Origin: Lingula anatina | Lineage: Eukaryota; Animalia; Brachiopoda | NCBI GenBank assembly: GCA_051362555.1 | Contig: CM120641.1 | Coordinates: forward strand, 24,806,401 to 24,870,400 | Reading direction: 5' to 3' | Length of the DNA stretch: 64,000 nucleotides | Notes under the pieces: generated by a model | Databases searched by the model: none | Seen by the model: the letters and a program-made list of their open reading frames with translations, nothing else | Told to the model about the DNA's origin: nothing | Part shown: piece by piece, positions 59,201 through 64,000 of the stretch | Numbering within the stretch: position 1 is the stretch's first letter | How the letters are laid out: each line of letters begins with the position of its first letter | Translations under genes and position numbers: made by a program

Positions 59201-61323
59201 CATTTCCTTGGTTGTTTTTAGTTAATTTGGTGAAAGTAATTTTTTTCCCCCTTCAGCTTCATGGAAGGCTCTTTGGTAGACCACAGGGAGGTCAAACTTC
59301 AGGCTGTAAAGCAGAGATATACTGAGGAGAAATTCTATAAAATCAGTGAGTTTGAGGTTAGTATCTGTGTGGGATATGCTAGGTTTAAACATAGAGGCAA
59401 AGCATGTACAGATGGACTTTATTTAGAGGGTTAAACACATTAAAGAAATAAAAAAATTCCATTAATAAAGGGAATGCAAAAAAAAAAAAAAAACCAACAA
59501 AAAACAAAAAAACTTTCTAGCCGTCATGTTAGTGGAAAGTGGTGGGCCTGTTGCTAAAACTAGCTGTCTTACATTACATATCTGTTCTCAATCTTTGCCT
59601 TCTCTTGCAGATGATGGGGTGTGATGAGCTCTGTGCCGTGCTGGGAGTGGACGAACACTTGTTTATTGGGAGGGAACTCCGGATACGCTTTAAGACAACC
59701 AAAGATCTCATCATGTCACCTTCTAGGAACAAACACAGAGTGCAGGGGTGAGTGTGACACTTCTATCATCACATGGAAGATATGAAAACTTTTGAGTCAA
59801 AACTTTTGTGTGCCAGAGACAGTACCAAGAAATAATATGATGTAAAATTCTATTGAATTCTTATACAAAATTTTTAAGTTAGTCAGATCTAAAATGTGAA
59901 AATTGATTTCTTTATCCACCCATTATTACATAAAGATGATAGCAGTTGTACATGGCACTGGTGACCAATGTATCATGTATGCTTTCTTTACTTGGCAGCC
60001 GCCCATGCAAAGCTCCGATCGATGCTGACAGAGAAAAGGCAGCAACCCCAACATTTGAGGAGGCGTCAGGCCTGCTAGACTATTTCAATGAGTCTGGGAT
60101 GTCTGGGTACTTTGGAGATAAAGAAGATGAAGGGGACTCTTACATGGATGTGGAAGGTATTTAGAGTACCTCATGGTTATCTTGAATTTGTGCAGCAGTT
60201 TTGTAGCTACTGCTGTAACACCAGGTCTTGAGCATGAACACAATTTACCCACTCACCTTTAAAATGTTTAAGTATATTATCATCAGTCTGTTATAACCTT
60301 GTGTTAGAAGCCACAAATTATATACCTGAAGTGTGTTGATTTTAAGCTCACATTACAGTAAGAGAATTCAGTGTTGACACTGGCCCCATGCCAATTGCAA
60401 GTAAAATTGAAGCCAAGCCATCAAGTTAAAAATTTTGTTTATTTACTTGTCACTGTTTTTGCTTTGGGCCAGTGAATCCTTAAAATTTAGTATGGTAAAA
60501 TGTTTTTGACACTGACAGTTTTAAGGTGAAATATTACAAAGAACCAGGAGTTAAATTTTGTTACTCTTCCCAGTATATGTTTCTTTACTCTCCATTTTGT
60601 GTTTCAGATCCAGACGACCCCGACCTGATGAGTTTATTCTGCCCAGACACATTCAGTACCAATGACAATCAGGCCATGTCCAGCTTTGTCCACTTCTCTG
60701 ACCTTAGTGCCATACGCAGTTCTTCGCCCTCCTCCACATCATCAGAACCTCAGTCAGGGAAAGCCAGCCGAGCCTTTCAGCCCATCTTGGTGGGTGGGGA
60801 GGTCACAGACAGGGTCACAGTGCGCCGCAGGGGGTCTCCATCCTACGCATTCAGCATCGAGGACGTGGCCAGCAGTTCTAATTTTTCCCTGGCGGATGTT
60901 TCTATTGAGTCTGGGGACTCTTCACATTCTGTGAATCACTCCAGCTGCAGAGAGGCTGGTAAACACATGGCAGTGGCCTCCCCCTCAGCAGCATTAAAAC
61001 TGTCAGACTCTGTCTTTGATTCAGGGGTTTCCTTCACTAGTCAGTCAGGGTTTACAGTCCACCAGGATGACAGCACAGCTGGAGACGTACAAGGTGCTTC
61101 AGGCTTCCACCACTATGATACTCGTTCACAAAGGCAGCGTAGGTTATCCTCACATGCTCAAACTGACCATGTCCAGCACATTCCTGACCGGTCAGCACTC
61201 AGGACTCTAAGCAATCAGATGGACGTTACTGTCACTCAGAATGAAAACAGGAAAGGAAGTGAGAAGAGAAAAAGTCCCCAGAATATGGGGAATGAGAATA
61301 AGACTTATGTTATGTCATTTTAA
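53288..61323 (+). CDS. CCNF: Cyclin F (F-box + cyclin box + Ser-rich/PEST tail), spliced gene, ~870 aa
   Basis: Phase-consistent exons: 53288-53294, 54750-54931, 55102-55208, 55438-55505, 55789-55979, 56263-56421, 56638-56867, 57109-57273, 57646-57769, 58191-58371, 58689-58776, 59257-59356, 59611-59747, 59999-60156, 60608-61323 (2613 nt). F-box TIWSLPEEILL; KLGVAYLYNEG; WLFIRPPWS..G.CCK; cyclin box MRYILVDWLVEVASMKDFSSL; TIREAAWLTDNTYKYEDVVRMMGEI. Confidence 0.96.
54750..54931 (+). CDS. CCNF: CCNF exon 2 (F-box)
   Basis: ttttag|TG...TIWSLPEEILLLLLQGLHIKDLLNMAA|gtgagt. Confidence 0.93.
55102..55208 (+). CDS. CCNF: CCNF exon 3
   Basis: VHSYFRDLIYSHTSLWAGINFDETWPSIPNLKHFER; AG/GT flanks. Confidence 0.93.
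55438..55505 (+). CDS. CCNF: CCNF exon 4
   Basis: SASSGNIEALIKLGVAYLYNEG; donor T|gtaagt. Confidence 0.93.
55789..55979 (+). CDS. CCNF: CCNF exon 5
   Basis: ...PFTWLFIRPPWSTAGACCKEYVF...; AG/GT flanks. Confidence 0.94.
56263..56421 (+). CDS. CCNF: CCNF exon 6
   Basis: DPSCKVQLCLAHTLQLFD...QKTK; phase 0/0. Confidence 0.92.
56638..56867 (+). CDS. CCNF: CCNF exon 7
   Basis: AFDVASQLKSIRMLRDIASKGQLEAQLSL...ITNSMR. Confidence 0.92.
57109..57273 (+). CDS. CCNF: CCNF exon 8 (cyclin box)
   Basis: YILVDWLVEVASMKDFSSLTLHVAISVVDRFI...KLQLLGVAAMVVCSR. Confidence 0.96.
57646..57769 (+). CDS. CCNF: CCNF exon 9
   Basis: YLGKDIITIREAAWLTDNTYKYEDVVRMMGEILATLKGDLR. Confidence 0.96.
58191..58371 (+). CDS. 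CCNF: CCNF exon 10 (cyclin C-terminal domain)
   Basis: VVTIFDL...LAEYICELTLLHTDLSSYTKAEVAASCVLLAR. Confidence 0.94.
58689..58776 (+). CDS. CCNF: CCNF exon 11
   Basis: DTPWPSKMTEFTGFSVEDLTKCTIHIHEKC. Confidence 0.93.
59257..59356 (+). CDS. CCNF: CCNF exon 12
   Basis: FMEGSLVDHREVKLQAVKQRYTEEKFYKISEFE. Confidence 0.93.
59611..59747 (+). CDS. CCNF: CCNF exon 13
   Basis: MMGCDELCAVLGV...LIMSPSRNKHRVQG; donor gtgagt. Confidence 0.9.
59999..60156 (+). CDS. CCNF: CCNF exon 14
   Basis: ...ATPTFEE...SGYFGDKEDEGD, resembling vertebrate TPTAE...SGYEGDQESEG. Confidence 0.9.
60608..61323 (+). CDS. CCNF: CCNF last exon, Ser-rich disordered tail
   Basis: tttcag|AT; 238 open codons to TAA; AATAAA at 61407 and 62411 downstream. 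Confidence 0.9.
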
Positions 61324-63644
61324 CTGCAATTTTCAGGGTAATGTCAATTGAGAAATGAAGTGTCTGTGTTAAAATGTGTGAAATGTCACAATAAGATTGA
61401 ACATCGAATAAATTGTATGTTTCCCTGTTTTACAGAATGTATGATTGTGATCTATTGGCTGAATATTCCACATCAAGGTGATGTGTAACTGTAATAATGG
61501 TATTTTTAAAACAAAGAATGCAAATCCATTTCAAACGTTGTTAGTTTTGTACTCGTCAGAGATGAGAGATTAGTTTATATAAAACATTGCAATATGCCTG
61601 TGTTGTTTACAGTCGCCCTCGGCAATTCTATACAATTTACTCTTATTTGTCAGGAATTGGGGCAATACACAATTAATATTCCATATTCATATTGTAAAAC
61701 AATATTTTCTTTATTGCCTAATATTTTTTTCATAATATTTTTTTTTTTTGGAGTATTTCATTCATCTTCAGTTTATTATCTGAGCAGAGCTGCCGAGAGC
61801 AACATTTTGTACTTGTATATGCACCTGTATGTGTATCTGTATATACTTACTTATATATTTTTACAACTGCGTACATATTGTACAGTGGTTGTTATATCAA
61901 GTTATATCCAGTAGTTTGTATATGATTTATATGTTTATTATTCAACTGAGCCAATGTCTAAAATGCTGTAACACAGTGTTGCCATGTGTTCAGACCTTTC
62001 TCTTCATAATTGCAGTCTTTTCATCAACTCAGGTGCTAATAACACAGGTTTCCACTGTCTTCATAATAATAATATTAATGCTACATAGATTTGCTTGAGG
62101 TCGTTAGAGTAGTTGCTTGAGATAGGGGTATGAATATAGTGTGTGGGGAATTGTTTCTTATTATTGGTTTAAAAGTGCAAGTTTAAAAGGTAGAATGCTT
62201 TGTATCTAGTGATTTAACCTAGGGGAAATAATTTAAATCCCATAGGAGAGTTAAAGCATTTTGTTAGTGTACAAAGGTCCTTGCGTTATTGTTTTCAAGT
62301 TCACCTGTCTGTATAGCTAAGTTAAAAATTATGCTAAAGTCAGGTGGCAATTCATCAAATGATAACTGTTGAAAATTTACTTGTTAAAATTGTAGATTAT
62401 TTTTTCATTAAATAAAACCAGCAAGAAAATTTAGTTTCATTGTGTCATGTCTATTTAATGATCAATAATTTGGTTAACATGATAGTTTGTGTTATCTGCA
62501 ATTTATGTTAAAATGCAAAGCATTTTCATAATTTCTTGAGTACCAGCTGTAACATTTACACTTTGCATGCTCTTTTAACTAAAATGTATCCATAAAGTAT
62601 ATGCATACAAAACAAAATAAGGATCTCTGTAGAATAATAATTGAAAAGATCTATATTAGGACCCCCAATTTCTGTGGCAGGCTATACAGTAAGGCCACAA
62701 GAAATGTGCCTGTCTTCACAGTTGTGGGTTGAGCAACTTGTGGAATATGTCACCGGTGTATTACTTATCTTTTAAAGTCAAATTTGTTCCACAAAATCTG
62801 ACCAAATATCACCATATAGTTTTTAATGATATAACTCCGAGAAATACCAAAGGACATCGTTTTGTCTTTCCCAAAATATGATACTTGAATGGCTGCTCTC
62901 TTTCTGTGTTATAAATATCCCTTATCATTTGAATAAGTACGCAATTGCACTCGCAGCTATACTTCCATACACAGGAGTAAGAGTGGTGATTATGCAATGT
63001 GCCCACGGTACTATGTCATTCAGCAGACCTTTATGAACTGAAGGGCCAAACGAATGGGTCAATTTACTACCAGAAATTTGAAGAAGGTGCAGTTTTAAAG
63101 CAATTTTTGGCTGATTAAGAGATTGGGTTTATGACTTGGCATGTTGACTTCATTTTAGTTGTATAAGAGGCTATTAGAAGTGGTGCATATGTGTTATTGG
63201 AAATCCATGCTAACTTCATATGTATCTTTGATGTATGGCTACCAGATAAACGGCCTTCTTCAAAAAACTTAAATCCTATTGGAAATTGTTCATATAATGC
63301 CTCAACTATAATTGCATTCTGTGAATGAATTCTAAAATGGGATCATGTGCTCCTAATGATCTGTTTTTAGACTGTATGCTAGTATTAGCTTTTCATTGGG
63401 CCTTCAAGTAAGAAATGAGTCATGTAACACTGAACACAATTTTATACAAAAACGTTTATTTATAATTGAATATTTTTCAACATCTCCACATTAAAATAAA
63501 GTTACATTTGTTGGTATCACTGTAAACTTAAAGTTTACTTTTTTTATTTTTTAATAGTTCTTTTTGAATTCTTTCAATGTCCAAACATCATCCATCTTAG
63601 GGCAAACATCTGGGTCTTCACCACAATGACCACCTAACTGACCA

Positions 63645-63893
63645 CTACTGGTCTTCATCATGCATCATCTTGGACCCCAGTGCCACAGTGACCTTCCTCA
63701 GGGCTGGCTGGACATGAGGGAACTCCTGGTTCAACCTGTCCACTATGGCAGACAGGGCATACAGCCTCTCCTTTTGTTTCTCCAGCTCGCTGTCCAAGGC
63801 GGCGTCACTCTTACATATCCTGGTGTACTTTCCGTCCTTGGCCTGCTGGTAGTACTTGGCTCTCTGCTGCTTGGACAGCAGCTCACTCAAGTT
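63645..63893 (-). CDS. CCDC40: Coiled-coil domain-containing protein 40, last coding exon (gene continues beyond the window)
   Basis: Minus-strand acceptor ttcttcattccag|AAC; NLSELLSKQQRAKYYQQAKDGKY...IVDRLNQEFPHVQPALRKV matches the recalled CCDC40 C-terminus (NLSEIV...VKEGRY...ILDRVRDEYPQFQEALHKV); minus-strand AATAAA at 63455-63460. Confidence 0.85.
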   Translation of the reverse strand, partial: NLSELLSKQQRAKYYQQAKDGKYTRICKSDAALDSELEKQKERLYALSAIVDRLNQEFPHVQPALRKVTVALGSKMMHDEDQ

Positions 63894-64000
63894 CTGGAAT
63901 GAAGAAAAAAATTAATGTTTTATTCTAACACACGTGATACATCTCAAACCAGAACACCACATAAGATGTTTTTAGGCCAGAATATATGATTTTAGCAGCT

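Noticed and set aside
60662-61210. Alternative-frame ORFs overlapping the CCNF last exon, plus antisense ORFs over CCNF/CCDC40 exons
   Set aside because: Expected shadows of GC-richer coding sequence.
1-64000. CRISPR arrays, rRNA/tRNA genes, prokaryotic operons or defence systems
   Set aside because: The window is intron-rich eukaryotic DNA; no repeat-spacer array, cloverleaf or rRNA-like sequence was recognised by eye. tRNAscan-SE and Infernal were not run.

Overview
AT-rich eukaryotic genomic DNA with spliceosomal GT-AG introns. It looks like an invertebrate bilaterian; a lophotrochozoan or mollusc is plausible but is only an inference. Most entries in the ORF track are intronic noise. I assembled three genes by hand. 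(1) An Rbfox/fox-1 RNA-binding protein gene on the + strand, 11 exons, about 482-49068, about 406 aa, with a 31.7-kb first intron. (2) Cyclin F (CCNF) on the + strand, 15 exons, 53288-61323, about 870 aa, behind a CCAAT + triple-CHR cell-cycle promoter. (3) The last coding exon of a convergent CCDC40 on the - strand. Rbfox intron 1 holds several non-autonomous DNA transposons/MITEs, some nested and some in inverted pairs. The most interesting signals are in Rbfox splicing: its own (T)GCATG sites overlap both splice sites of the 93-nt RRM exon; an exon end plus donor is duplicated with only synonymous differences; and there are candidate microexons, poison exons and alternative first exons, plus a frameshifting exon that would remove the PY-NLS. 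No wholly new system can be proven from sequence alone, and all isoform claims are hypotheses.
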